Assembly: GCA_000708835.1 (NCBI GenBank)
Contig: DF237457.1
Span: 2,678-66,677, forward strand
Direction: 5' to 3'
Length of the DNA stretch: 64,000 nt
Source: Klebsormidium nitens
Lineage: Eukaryota; Plantae; Klebsormidiophyceae
Of this stretch, positions 36,706 to 50,590 are shown piece after piece. The notes below the pieces were generated by a model that worked only from the letters and a program-made list of their open reading frames with translations, was not told the DNA's origin and ran no database searches. The position numbers were made by a program, and so were the translations under genes. Within the stretch, counting starts at the first letter, position 1; every line of letters starts with the position of its first letter.

Positions 36706-38922
36706 ATGACTTCCATCCAAGACCTGCCATCTGGGTGCCTGGGGCTTGTTTTCGGCGCTTTGGAAAGCTGGAAAGATAGAAACGCATGCTCTGAGGTATG
36801 CTTAGGCAAGGAATCTGACCTTTGAGACGTTTTTATCTCAGCTCGTCGTTGTCATTCGAGAGGGCAACTTCATGCCACTAAGCGCAGAAGGGCGTTTTGA
36901 TTGCTCGCATTTGATAGCCTAGCATCTCATACGTCGCACAGATTTGCAGAGGATACAAGATAGCATCTTGGCATATGCATCCATGCCGGTGCACACTATT
37001 TCTTGGATAGATAACTGTATTTAGTCTTATTCGCAAGACCTCTTGCAAAACTTTTTGCTCCAAATCTGGTCAAGGAATTGTACGTAGGCAATGGCGAGGA
37101 TTTTGACATTCGGGCACATGTTCCAACATTAGTCTGCTCAGTGCATCTCCATCAGCGGGACTTTGCAAGCTTTTAAAACTCTCAGATCTAAAGATTCGAA
37201 TACCATGTTCCGTTCTGGACTAGTCTGCATAGAGCATCTCCGTTAGTGGGACGCTGCAGCTTTCAAACTTTCATTCCTGTTTGCAGGTGTGTCAGAGTTG
37301 GAAGCTCGTGGATAATCAGACGCGCACCGATTTTGCAATCAGTCTGAGCCGCTATCACAAGCCGCCCCCCACACCAGCAGTCTTGGCATGGGTCTTCCAA
37401 CGATTTCAGAACCTGAGGTGTTTGGGTTTAGCGTACATGGACTTGTCTGCAGAGTATCTGACGGTGAGTGCTTCCCCTCCATCACCTTTTCCTTGCGATG
37501 CGATGACCAATGCCGAACCTCGATCAAGCAAGTATCCATTGTTTTGGACATAGTCTTTATTGTGTTGGGTTTCCTAGCTATTCCTTCAAGGGCCACGTGG
37601 TGCAAATCTGTGTTCAGAATGCAAGGACAGGTTAAGGGGACCCTGGCAGTCCTTATGGACATCAACAGTGAGGCGTGTACCGCTTAAGGAGCGGTTTCTT
37701 CGCTGTTCTCAGAGTGGGTTGCGAGGTCTGGTCAGGACATATTGACTCCATACCTACTAGCAGAGTCAATATGCTCTGAATAGTCATTGATCTTTAACAT
37801 ATATTGTTGTCTGCTTTTGGATAGGTTCTTGCGTCTGGTTGTCAGAATATCTCGGAGCTCCGTATGAGGATGTGCAAAGGCAACGGACTAGACTCCGCTG
37901 GGTTGCACCTGCCGGTTTTGACGAGCCTCCACTTGACAAGGTGAGTATTTGAGATGGGTTTCAGATTACAATGTGGTCAATGGGTGAAGGGGTCAACCCG
38001 AAAGATTGATCGATGAAGTGCAGTGTCCATCCGAACGGACGCCTGCTTGAACCAAAAAGCTGCTGGACCTGGGAGCTTACTGGAAGACCCAGAGTCCATG
38101 TGTACGTTTCTTAAATTGTGTACCTTAATTCTCCAGTGTGGTTGTAAACCGATTTCAGCTAACGAAGTACCTCGTTTTTTCCGTCCCGTCTGCAGACTTC
38201 CTGATCTTACGGACGCCGGTTTGATCAACCTGACTCAGAGCTCGAGGGCGCTGAAGGAGATATATGTGGAAGGGTGTGCTCTCTTGACCGATAAGGGCTT
38301 CTCAGCATTCAAAACGCAATGCCCCGCCCTCGAAAGCCTTACTCTGGACCGTATATACAACGTCGCAGGCGATGGAATCGCAGACGGTTGTCCAAGTTTG
38401 ACGCACCTCCGGTGTTCTTCCGCAAAAATTGACGCTGGCGGCCTGCAAGCGATATGCAGGCGGTGTCCTGGGCTGACCAGTTTAAGCCTGCAGACGTCAG
38501 CATTGCACCTGTCTGCGGACTATGAAGCAATTGGTTGCTGCACTAAGCTTCAGGATCTTGAGCTACACCAGCCTCTTGCATTACGGGATACTGCAGTAGC
38601 TGTTATAGTAAACAGTTGCAAGGAGTTGCGGTCGCTCCAGTTGCCAAACTGGGATACACAAAATCTGTCAGGTGTGTCCCTCCCAGGTCATAGCAAGTTG
38701 ACCTTTCTAAACCTCGATTCTTGTGTTGGACTGACGATTCAACAACTTCAGGACTTCGTGAAAGTTCTGTTTCCGTCACTGCAACAATTGGGGATACGGA
38801 ACATGAAGGCAGTGGATTGGGAAGTGGACGATATCAAGGACTATTTACAGGCTCTGAAGCCCTCGCTGCAAGTAATCGGATCAACCAGTAGAGATGTTCC
38901 CCATACGCTAAGCATACTCTGA
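36706..38922 (+). CDS. F-box/LRR-repeat protein, copy 2 (intact)
   Basis: Exons 36706-36795, 37287-37463, 37825-37940, 38196-38922. MTSIQDLPSGCLGLVF F-box-like start and LRRs (CPALESLTL, CPSLTHLRC, CPGLTSLSL). Intron positions and phases are the same as in copy 1. Confidence 0.85.
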
Positions 38923-39761
38923 CAAGGAGTGGTGAAACCATGGACAAAATCAGCGGTGAGGAACTTAGCTGCCGAAAACGGACAAACATTCACGACAATT
39001 GACCATGAATTTCAAGTGCGATTAGGCAGCTGTTCCTAGAGATCGTATGGCATCAAGGTTTCTCATGGCTTGCGGTGCCAGCCTAAGTTTCCTTTTAGTA
39101 TTTCCAAGACATATGTGGAGATGGTGTCCGACGATCTTTCATTAGCATAGATCTCATTGCATGCAATGATGAGCTGGCAATGCGCGCTGTGGCAACACGT
39201 CCAACAGGGCGCGCGCACGTAGTAGCTCATAACTTTAAAGATTAAGACCGCAGGTGCGGCCGGTGCCAGCACATGCTGCAGCTCACGCAGCGTTGATCTG
39301 GCACATGATATGTACATGCAGTGCAAAAAAATCAATCTATACACGCATATTGGAGTGATCTTTGACTGTCAGACCCATACGGTTTGCTTCTGGCGGCCAC
39401 TTGGACGCATTTTATTCGGCCGTTTGATTTCACATTTCGGCATTCTCTATACTTTATCATGAAACGCCGCCTAGGGAGCATTGCGATGGCTGCGCAGATA
39501 CTGACAAAGTTGTTGAACGAAGATTATTCCCGTTCACTCGACAATGTATTTCAGATTCAGCGAGGGCGGCTTATCACTTTGATAACCTGCATCCCCCTAC
39601 GACTTCCTCCTCCTCTGAAGCGACCACAGGGCGAAGCATGCCGGACGTGCCGCTGCAGTGCGGCATCTGCACCTAGGCAAGGAAGAGAGATGGTCCCAGA
39701 ACACGCGTGGCTTTCTGTCAAGTCGCTGTGAGATATGAACACCTCACAGCGCGCCTTGCTC

Positions 39762-42700
39762 TCACCGAGAGGCCACTACGACAAGACCCTTTCCCGTGTT
39801 CAGCACTTTCCTTTGGCTGCCGTCCTCCTGTCGGCTTTTCCCAGGGGGGCTCGCGAGGCCCCGCTCGCTGGCCACGCTGTTGACCAGGTCAATCTCCGCC
39901 TGCTTGGCCGCCTGCCGCGCCTGCATCCGCTTCACTTTGGCGGGACGCATCTTCTTCTTCTTCTTCCGTGGCTCCACCTCGATCTGCCCTTCCTCGGGGG
40001 ACTCTTCTCCGTCAGGGTCCTCTGCACGGAATAGCACACGAGATAAGACAAGCCGAAACAGAAGTAGAGCACGGAGGCAATTTCGGCCCTTTTCCTTCTT
40101 TCGGCCCCAGGCATTCTGGCCACTGCTGAATCATGTTGCATCGTTGGGGCTGTTAGCCGGATCTGGGATAGTAAAGAGGTACCGTATCGGTCGTTGTATA
40201 GAGCCATTCTCGCCCACTCAACAGGATTGTCAGGTACCATATTGAATTGGATGTCCCCAACAAAGCAAGAAAAGCGCACTCGCAGTGGCCTAGCAATCGA
40301 TACTGAACACCGGGATCTTCTCATGATAATCTGTTTGAAACTGCATCTCCACAAGCACCTCACACGCAAATCCTGGCCACCTTGAGTGGGCCCACTCAAA
40401 ACTAGCTACAACCACCGGCCATCCTCACCTGCTTCGGGTTCCTCTTCCGCCTCCACCCGTTGCTTCTTCCTCCCACCTCCCAAGTCCAGCTTCCCGTTCG
40501 GCGACGTCTTGGGGGCCCACCGGTCCCCTTCGTCACTCCTTTCCCTCTTGCTTCCCCGGCTCGGCTTTGCTTCTGTGGTGTCAAGGTCTGCCTCGTAAGC
40601 CCCGTGTGGGGTGCTGACACCAGCCTCGGGTGTGTGCCCGGGGCTCGGTGGCGCCACTTTCCGTTTGAGCAAGATCTTGTCCATGCGAACGATGCGTTCT
40701 AAAAGACCCTGCCCCGCCTCGCCCTCGGTGGTCAGCAGGTTATGGGCGTGCATGAAGGCGGAACGGACCTGGGAGGATAAGAAGGAAGGAGAGAGGTGAG
40801 GCGAACGGCCAGGAACGGTCGCAAGTGATTGTAGAAGATTACGGCGCACGAGAGAAGCCAAAAGGAACGGGAAGCGAATAGACGGATCTGCCCACGAAGA
40901 AAGTCGAAAGGGCACTACGACGGGCGACGACATAGGCACAGAATAAAGATTCCGCGCGACGTGAGAAGGCAAGCAAATAGAAGGGACACATGGCCGAGGA
41001 GATAGGAGGTCACTTGAGTAAGGCCGCAGAAGCCGGGAAAGAGGGCGGACGATAAAGCCAAAGAGAAAGCCCCAAGAGCGACGACCGAGGGCCACATAAA
41101 AGCTGGCCGTTGTTGCAAACGGATGAAACCGCTTCAGCATTCCACCGAACAGTCTCTTTGACTAGGGCAACACCCGCAACAACAACCGGTGATGATGGAG
41201 CGCTGTCATAGCCCGGCCAGAACCGACGCGATATCTGGATTCAGGTTACGATGCCCCAATCCCTGAGAATCATGCCAACAGTACGTCCGCCTGCCAATCG
41301 CCCACGCTCACCTTTTGCACGTTGTACGAGTTTTTGCCAATGTCGTTGTTCTCGTCCTGCGGGTCGCGCACCGACAGCAGGAACGGGCGGTCATGATTGA
41401 ACGTCCCCGCCTCGCGCTTGTTGAAGAATGCGCCCCCGTCCTTGCACGACACGCCCACGTCTCGTACATTGAGCATCTTGCCGTAGAGCTCGAAGAAATC
41501 AATAAGCAGAATGCCCAGGTTAGAATCAAGCGGCTGCGCGGGCCCGCCGCTCTCGTAGCCGCGCCGGCTGGGGTGGAGCTGCAGATGCGCCATCAGCATC
41601 ACGATAAGCGCGTACGAGCCGATGCCGCCAGTGTACACCTGCACAACGCAAAGTGGCGGAGTTCTCGAAATTGTTGCCGTGTAAAAGTAGCGGGCTTTGA
41701 AGTATTTCTGTATTGAATCACCATGCTGCTGTCAGGCTTGTGCTTGCATTGCTCTAGACGTGACAGCAATGTGTCGAAATGGTGGCAAACCCTTTTGTCT
41801 GTCCTCTGGGCAGCAAAAGCTGACTCCGCTTTTGAAAATATCGAGATCGGGAATGGCTTCCTTGAAAGCACACCTGTGACACTTGTAAGAGAGGGCCTCG
41901 AACGGCCAACCGCATGTCGTAACACTTGCTCGGGTTCTGGAACAGAGTGTGTATCCTCCAGGCCTGTCTGACAACGCACGCGAATAGAGGGTACGGCAAG
42001 AAAAGCAGTCTAGCTGGCAGCTTTACCTCGTTCAGCTCCCGTTGCTGGAGAAAAATCTTAACCACCAGGCAGAGGGGCCGCAGGGGCGGCAGCGTCTTCA
42101 TGGACTGGCGGATGAACTTGGCGGCGGCAGGGCCATTCTCCACATCGAAGCTGATGTCAAACTGGATCTTGCTCTCCACCTCCACGAACTTGATGATGGG
42201 AACGCGGGCTTTGGCAATTACCTGCAAAATATGCAAAGCACTGTGAGCCCTCATAGCCTCGTCAGAGAGTGTCGACACCGGAGGTTTCGAACTGATCTGG
42301 AAAGGGATCGGTGAGAACAGAGCACTGAAGCTTCCACAACGTCAGCGTTACAGAGGCCCTCTCATATACGTACCGCCACTTTCCGCTTCATGACAGACCA
42401 CCGTTCTCCGACGTACGACTCTCAGCAGAGTTCTGCCCGACTCCGATGTGGCTGTTCAAACATTCGCTATATGCTGCGTGCCTCAAAGATCCGCGGAGCC
42501 AAACGAGCTTCTTCCCACCTGTATCTGCTTCGCAATCCTCCTTTTGGACAGCTGCAGCGAGAGCGCTCGCAGAGCGTTGGGAACGTTGTCCACGCCCGAG
42601 TTGAGTACCACCATGTCCATGTCGCTGGTCGGCAAGAAGAGGCCGGTGGCATATGATCCAAAGACGGTGGGCGTGCAGTCCGGCCATATGGACAAAATCA

Positions 42701-43470
42701 CATCCTTCACGCGCTCAACAGCGGCCTCGCGCAGGGCACGCTCGTCATCGGTAGCGGCGAGGAAGTCGCAGAAGTCAATGATCTCTGCGGACAGGGGAAA
42801 GGCTTGGGGGTTTACGAGTGAGCAGAAGCAGGTCAATCTGTGATGATGCAGAGAAATGTAGATGGTGTCAACCAAAAGAGCCGTGGCACGTTTCTTACCA
42901 AAGATGGTCAGAGACAAGCGCGCCATCGGCCAAAAACTTTGAGCTGACTCTGTCACTGAGATCAATGATTTGTCGCAACACAAGTAATCGTACCGCCGTG
43001 CCCTTACCTTGATGCAATCTCAGCAGGGGGCTGCGAACAAGGCCCCGCTTGACACTTGCCAGAGCCCAGGGCGGAGGCGTGTATCCGGCCTTCCCAGCCT
43101 GTTGCCCGGAGGACCCCTCCTCGTGGTCCTCATCATCCTCGTCAGCGAGGGCATACCTAAACTCATCGGCCGGCTCTTCGAAATCTTCCAGGGAAAGAAA
43201 CTCCCCAATCTCCCCCTCCGAAGCTCTCGCAGCTTGCAGACCATCATTAACAGCACTTGGCTCAACGTCTGGCAAGGTTTCTTCAAGCTTCCCAGGCGAG
43301 CTAGTGGAAGTGGCTGCTTGTCTGGCACGCACTCTAGCGGCAACTTGCCCAAGGAAAGTGCCGCGCTCGGTGACGGTTTCTTCATGAAGTTCCTTGGCAT
43401 CCCAGCTGCCAAGCGGCTCGGCAGCAATGTCGTACTTGAAAGTTGGAACGTCCTCCTCATCAGAATCCAT
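39762..43470 (-). CDS. TRF4: Non-canonical poly(A) polymerase, TRF4/PAPD5-like (TRAMP component)
   Basis: Exons 43470-43008, 42784-42519, 42221-42027, 41638-41312, 40768-40429, 40021-39762. Motifs LRLHQEIIDFCDFL, FGSYATGLFLPTSDMDMV, AKARVPIIKF, FDISFD, LNEVYTGGIGSY, NLGILLIDFFELYG, DPQDENNDIGKNSY. Basic NLS-like C-terminus. Confidence 0.92.
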
Positions 43471-44588
43471 ACCACCACTTGATCAGGGGAAAAACTTCAA
43501 TTCGGCACCCACCAAGGATAATCATACAGCAATCTCAAGCAGCTCGGTGAGCCCTGCTACAGCAGCTCGAGGGCGCTTCCAAATCTGGACAAGGAGAATT
43601 GGATGTAGTGGCAGTGCATCGGAGCACCCCGGACTCAGAGTCAGAGTCAGTGCACTGTGCAGTGCATGGAAATAGGCCGTCACAGCAGGTGGCGTTGATC
43701 AAGAGCGTATGGGGCGAGATATCATGCACGCGAAGCCTTGCGTTGCTCACCTTTGGCCTTTATAGCCCGGTGAAATGAAGCCAGTTGACGCGAAACAAGG
43801 CCCTCAGCAAAAGCCGCTTTCCACCCCAAATTCAGACGGAATATCACCCTTCCTTCTTCTAATATAACTTCAAGATCTCTAATACCAAGGTCAAAGAAAA
43901 TGTCCTGAGCAATGCTACAGGTAGATCGCCGCGTTTTGTCGCACTCGGTCTTCATTTCCCATTGGCTGAATTTTTCAGAGTGCCTCCAGTCTGCGCAGTT
44001 TAGACCGTTTTTACTTTGGACAAGGTTCTGCTCCGCTTTTACCGGGTTTTGAGTCATCGACGATCCGGAATGGCTAAAAAGTGGTGACCACGCCAATGAA
44101 CGGCCGGGAAATGATAGTTTGCGTGCCACAGGCAGTCCCCAATCGCGGCGATCTACCTGCTAATTATGCTTCAGAATCAAAGCTGAACAAGTTGGCAGAG
44201 ATGTTCAGGCAGAAAAGGGCTCGAACTTTGAAGTTCTGAACTTCGAGAATACCGTAGCAGCCAAATGGTCAAGAAAGTCGCCACCACTACTTCGCTTGGA
44301 AAATGTCAATGCGGTGGTGGCAGCAGAACAGCAGAATTCATGCACCCTTCCTGTGATTATTGGATAAGTGGTGACTTGTTGGATGGGTTTCAGCTCCAAC
44401 AAACTCTGATGCTGCGCCAGCTGCTGCATTTGAAGAAGATATGGGACCTCTTATCATGAGTTGGCCCTGCCTGTGAGGTGATCGATTAGGAATACAAGGA
44501 CACACATGCCTTCAAAGGGCCCCTACTGGCCAGCTCCGCCCCACTTCCTGTAGACTGTCTGGATCTTCAGTTTCTTTCATCTGTTTAG

Positions 44589-46234
44589 ATGTTCGGAGGG
44601 ATGGCGCTTCGGAAAGCCATCATGCGCTGCTTACAGGATGGTCAGCAGCGAGCCATGTTGGGCTCCTTAGAGCTGGCTTTCACGAGCACACCATCAGTGT
44701 GTTTGCGTGCGTCTCCAAAAGTGACCAAGACAAGTGATCCATGGAGTGCTCATGCTGGTGCAAACCATGCCAGTCCACCAACACTGCAGGCGGATTCAGA
44801 TAGTCTGGCACGCTATTTGCTGGTTCCTGAAGAGCGCTTGTCAGTTACTCGGGTGAGGGCACTTTTTTGTGGGCGATGTCTGGGTGGTATTGCGGTGGTG
44901 GCCTACTCCATCAATGATTTTGTTGCTGGTCAGCTTCAATGCAATCCAATCTCTGCAAAAACCAAGAGTGCATCAATAAGGAGACAACAAGTCCCCAGAT
45001 TGTACTCCTGTAGAGGGGAGGACTTTCAAAAAACTGCAGATTACTGTTTACATGCTTCCGCTTAATATGTAACTTCCATTTGGTCTTGTCAATAACCAGG
45101 GTCTCTCAACACCATCCATGAACACAGCCCGGCGAAAGTTCTACTCATTTTCACACACGAGCCTGCCAGCGGACAGCTCTCAACCTTCTGAACCGTCAAT
45201 GTAAGTCACCCCTGGCCTTTATGTGTAGAGAGGAGGATCCCTTCATTGCTGCATGAGTGTCCATGCCAATAGAAGTGGTTCAGCATGCTTGCATACTGCT
45301 TAAACAATATTCCTGCCATGTGCACATATTTGTTGACGAAACTTCTGACCACTAACGAGTTTGCCTCTTCTGGGGGCCAGGTCCACAATTCCCTTGAACG
45401 AATTCCATGAGTTAGCCGACGAAACCCTTCATCGGTTACAAGAAGCTGTAGAGGAGTTTGTGGAAGACCAGGACGTTGATGGGGCTGACGTAGAGTACTC
45501 GGTATGTGTCGACTGTTATTTATCGACTTGCCTCGAGTCTGTCACGAGTTATCTCTTACGTTGGTCTCTTGCAGCAACGTGTGCTTCACTTGATATGGAT
45601 ATGCGTGCTCCTTCTTCTGCTCTTGGTAACAAGTCCTTGAGCGTCAGTATCTTTTGACCATCTTTGCAGAAAGGTTTCGTTCCAGATTCGTGATATATTC
45701 TGCAAATCTGCATTCAGTTTTTAGTTTCTATCGAGAATGATCCAGCTGCTGACACAGCCAAAAAAATGTAATTTTGCACAACCTTGTCATCGTCGAAGTC
45801 CATTCCCTCTACTTACGGAATCTCTTTCCTGCTTTCTCAGACGGGTGTCCTCACAATCAAGCTCGGAGGACTGGGGACTTACGTCATAAACAAGCAGACC
45901 CCAAATCGGCAGATATGGTTTTCTTCGCCAGTCAGGTAAAAAGTCGCTCTAAAGAAGTCGTTGCAGTCTCACCTTTAGTGGGCCTTCCTTCGAGGAGCAA
46001 GACCTCCACAATCACCCGACTATGCATGTCACTTTCCTTGATCATGTGAAACTCAAATCTCGGCTCCCTTCCTTTACGTAACCGACTGTCTCTGTTTCTT
46101 GCAGCGGACCTGCACGATTTGATTGGTTGCCAGAGTCGGAGGCGTGGGTGTACAGAAGGACGAAGGCCGAGCTTTTGAGAGTTCTCGAAGAAGAGCTTGA
46201 ACAACTCGTGCACGCCAAAATACATTTGCGTTAG
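44589..46234 (+). CDS. FH: Frataxin (mitochondrial iron chaperone)
   Basis: Exons 44589-44852, 45100-45200, 45381-45501, 45841-45935, 46105-46234. Signature [38 protein letters not shown] and the acidic helix [10 protein letters not shown]. Confidence 0.93.
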
Positions 46235-47294
46235 ATTTAACGAAGAGTACTAGTTTCGCGGACTAGCTGGCTGACTTAGAGAGGGTCTCATAGGCATTAG
46301 AGACAGAATCCATTCCCACATAGGGCGGGTGCACTGCATATCTTAACGGCTGGCTGCTCTGGACTGAGAAAATGGTCGAGCTGCATACGTTTGGTAAGCT
46401 GCTGCAGGAAAAGGGACAAAGGTCTGAAAAGACGTCTCAGTACCATTTTGGCCGTTGCTAGGTAGTACAAGAGCGGGTGACGATAGTTGGACTAGCTTGA
46501 GCTTGGCGCGCAGATCAGCATTGTTCCTGGCACAACCTGCAAATCCAGTCAGCTGGACGGCAAGGGATGAGAGTCATCCAGCCCAATGCAATTGACAGGC
46601 TCAAACTGCACTCGTGCCACGGCCCTAGATCACAAGAGCGCTTATGCGCTAACTTGAAATTTTACATAGGACTGCTGGCGCGACCATCAAACAGCATGCC
46701 TAGTGGAAAACTTAATTTCCATGCGACGGCATACGGCGAGATGAGCTCCGATCAATCGCCGGGAACAAGACCGCACACGTCTAGCTTCAAAGTATTGTAA
46801 GAGGATGCTTAGACGGTGTGACTAAGGCCGTACCGAGCATAAGGTGATGACCACTTATACGAGTGACGATCTAGGTTACTGCTCAGTGGCAATCGAGTGC
46901 GATCAACTTATGATTGCATTTATATACGCGCTTTGATCTAGTGCATGAACTAATAAAGAGCTCCAGCTCGAAGAGAGGCCAGCTGCCAGCCGCACCCACG
47001 TTGCCGTCGCCGGCCGCACGTGCACATGTGAGCAATAGTGACATGCTAATTCTCCATCTTGAAAACAGCTGCATGGGATATAAGAATCTTGCAAGCCTGC
47101 CAATCTTAACCAGGCGCGCGCGTGCACTGCGTGATCGAATGTACACACACGTATATATTGCATCCGGCCATGAGAGATCTTCACCTAGTCATGTTGATTC
47201 GAACTATTGTGATCACGTACATGCTGAACCGTGAACGACACAAATTTCTGTATACACATAGCTTTAGCGCTGATTACTTCCAGATCACACAAGC

Positions 47295-47667
47295 NNNNNN
47301 NNNNNNNNNNNNNNNNNNNNNNNNNNNNNNNNNNNNNNNNNNNNNNNNNNNNNNNNNNNNNNNNNNNNNNNNNNNNNNNNNNNNNNNNNNNNNNNNNNNN
47401 NNNNNNNNNNNNNNNNNNNNNNNNNNNNNNNNNNNNNNNNNNNNNNNNNNNNNNNNNNNNNNNNNNNNNNNNNNNNNNNNNNNNNNNNNNNNNNNNNNNN
47501 NNNNNNNNNNNNNNNNNNNNNNNNNNNNNNNNNNNNNNNNNNNNNNNNNNNNNNNNNNNNNNNNNNNNNNNNNNNNNNNNNNNNNNNNNNNNNNNNNNNN
47601 NNNNNNNNNNNNNNNNNNNNNNNNNNNNNNNNNNNNNNNNNNNNNNNNNNNNNNNNNNNNNNNNNNN
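47295..47667. other. Assembly gap (373 N)
   Basis: Run of N characters. Confidence 1.
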
Positions 47668-48091
47668 GCATATTATCATAGATGAATTGTCCGATTGATG
47701 CATGCGGCGTGAAAGTATACAATTGAGTCGTCGATCAGACAGTGTGCCGCGCTATTGTTTCAGGGGGCGGCTGACATAAAAAACCGCGATTGAAGAATCA
47801 CAGATTTGATCATAGTGACTAGTAAACCAGAGTCACGAGCGATGCAGGCGATCACCTGATGCATGCTTCGACACCATCATGACAGCATTCTCCGAACCCA
47901 TTGCGATCACTGTGTACATGCATTAACATAGAATGGATTCAGCAAGCGAGAAGCCAATGACATTGCCTTGATATAATAGCACTATAACAAATCCAGATAA
48001 AGCGGATGACATGCCCGAGCCCACCCGTATAGATTCCTGTAATTCCTCAAAAAACCGCTCGAGCGAGTGCGCAAGAGCATAATCCTCACCG

Positions 48092-50099
48092 TTATTGTTC
48101 TACATTGGAGACAACCGGGTCTTCAATGGGTGGCCCGTACACTTGTTCACATCTTCTCTCAAAGGACGACACCATTCGAGCTGCTACTTCGTCGAAAAAC
48201 AGATTGGCAACCTGCGGGGAGACACGGTTCGAATCACGGTATGCGAACCTTACAAAACTGTCCCAGTATTTGATGTGGATGGAACGAAACCTTAGAAACG
48301 CCGGGAAGTATTACCGGCTGAGCCCAATGGCTGGCCGACCAACTAGACTCCACCAGCTTATCGTTGGAAGGTCGGAACATTGTTAGAAGATTGTTCGTAA
48401 TCACTATGCGCAGTCAAGGCCAACGAAGATTGCACGGGACCGGGGCCCCTATTTTGAAGACGACCCCCGCTGACCTTTTAGTTTCAAGACCCCGGATGCT
48501 GAGATGCATCCCAGATTCCGAATTTGACAAACATCACGCATGTCTGCTCTAGTAGAGGTTAAGACTTACCCTATGATAGAGCGGTGATCGGAACTGGAAG
48601 TCAACTCGGAACTTGAGCGCTGTCTTGTTGGGAGTGGGGCCGCTGTTAAACTCCCACAAGCAGTCCAGGTACTCAAACAGATTACTGCCTGAAACTGTCG
48701 ACTGCACAAGAAGCCAAAACCAACGCATGTGAGTGATTGTGGGAAACCCGGTGCAACGAAAGCGTCGTGCTTACGAAAGTATCAGTTGCTTTGGCACCTA
48801 CTGACTCCTTGTGCTCGATCGTGAGTAGACGGAAGACCTGTGTTAGATCAATCCTGGGTGACTGGAAAGACCCGTTTTGAATAGGCATCTCATTCCTGGT
48901 GACTGGGGAGGACTCCTGAACAGCAAGAATTCTGTTTGAACATCATCACAATCCCAAACTTCTCACATAATTTTGAAGCATTGTTGCAGCCATCCCGGAA
49001 GCCATTTACATTGGATGATTCAGATTGTGTACTCGTACACAAATGGAATGTTGACGCACCCGCACATATCGTGGTCTCTCCTGGGTCACGTGGCTTGTGT
49101 AGCTCTCTGTAAATATTTTGAAGCCCACTTCTAGCTCTGCCTCCACTTCCTCTACTGGCCCCTCCTGCTTCCTTATCAGAATCTCGCTTCGTTGACACCA
49201 CGGTACAAAGTCCTCATAAAAGTCGACTGCGGCCACAACGTCAAAGAGCTGGTCAGGGGGGTACCTAAAGACAGGAGAAGAGCTTAGTCAGCTTTATGTT
49301 CACCATATCAAATACGCCCACTTGCGGTATGAATGGCTGTAGTCCAATAGCAGCCCACTTTACAAGAAACTTGACGCACAGGGAATGAGCCGCTTCTGCC
49401 ACCACCTACAGAAAAATCTCTCAACCACTCTCTCACAAACATATGCAAACTTGATTTTCAAGCTACTCTTTTCCATCTGAACGACCGTTTCAGCTCAATC
49501 CTGCAATCTGGGTATGTTAGCCCTTCAGAAGTGGACCCGCTTTGTACCCATCGCAATATCAGTGAGTGGGGCTAGAAAGAGCATGATTGAAGAATCAGTC
49601 CGCCTGCAGAATCTAAGCGTTCTCATACCTTCGGCACGGCACCACTCCCTTTGACGCAGCAAGTAACCGCAGAAGGAAAGTCTCACCCAATGACTCTCTC
49701 CTCCTGATGATGCCGTGCATGGTCCTTGTCTTCGTCCCCGTCCCCAATGCCAAGCACCATGGTCCTGATTTGATGCTGCACTCCTAAACCCCCCATCTCC
49801 ATTCCTGATCCCAACCTATGTTCAATCCCACCTACATTCCTGGCACTCCCGTGTATCCAACTTTTGGTGGATGCATGCAAGCTGCCAGCAGGACTGCACG
49901 GATGGCCATGATCGCCATGGTTGCACGCTGGGTCAGCAGAGCTCGCTGTGCGGGCAGCTGAATTGTGAACTGGCCTGCTTCCCGCTTCAGCATAGCTGGT
50001 GCTACATGCCCCCAGAGCCTCAGTATGTCTGCGGAGGTAGTGCTGCTGCAGAGAGCGGAGAACATGGCGGGCCAGAATGGCCTCTCTACCTAGCGCCAT
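48092..50099 (-). CDS. COQ10: Coenzyme Q-binding protein COQ10 (START/polyketide cyclase fold), mitochondrial
   Basis: Exons 50099-49687, 49264-49060, 48701-48570, 48211-48092. Motifs ERVIGYPPDQLFDVVAAVDFYEDFVPWCQRS, AELEVGFKIFTESYTSHV, FRVDFQFRSPLY, ANLFFDEVAARMVSSFERRC. Confidence 0.92.
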
Positions 50100-50590
50100 G
50101 GCAATTGCACTCTGGAGCGCCCTTGAGCAACTTTGCCTGGACTCTGTTCTGATGTCAACAGGAACAGTGTAGCTGCGCTTTCCTGCTTTCTTTGTCAAAC
50201 CGAACGGGTTGCAAGACAAGTTTCACGTCGTAACCTGGGGTCACCGACTAATCTGGTTAGAAAGAGTGCCAGGTTTTGCTGCTCTGACAGGGATGGGCTT
50301 CAAGCTCGATAGGAACCTTAACCGTCGATCGGTTTGGAGCGTGGGTAATGTCAATTTGAGTGTTATCTTCTAGACCCCTGCACTGCACCGGGAATTCAAA
50401 GTTGAAGGGCAGACATCTGACAAGTTTTGGCACTTCGGCAATTCAATTCTCAGGAAGGGACGGCTGTGGACGACTTTGAAGCGAAGCAGCCCCAAACTTA
50501 ACCTGCATTGCAAATGTGCCCTTCAGTAAAGTGAGTGGCTTTTCACCGCAGCGTTGAGGGTGCATTGGATCTTGTTAGGTTGTCTCCAGC

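Noticed and set aside
26317-43470. Functional clustering of two Pol-beta nucleotidyltransferases (fusion gene and TRF4)
   Set aside because: They belong to different subfamilies, TRF4 is a conserved nuclear housekeeping gene, and two unrelated genes lie between them. Proximity is probably chance.
47122-47722. ORFs listed across 47.1-47.7 kb
   Set aside because: Artefacts of translating the N gap.
48225-48245. GGTTCGAATC T-loop-like motif suggesting a tRNA
   Set aside because: No acceptor stem, D-arm or anticodon arm can be folded around it, and it lies in a COQ10 intron next to the acceptor.
48033-48386. Plus-strand ORFs with a hAT-like TRFESRY motif and a primase-like PVFDVDG motif
   Set aside because: They are antisense to the last exon and intron of COQ10 (48211-48092), which explains the sequence. 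The motifs are short and have no supporting context.
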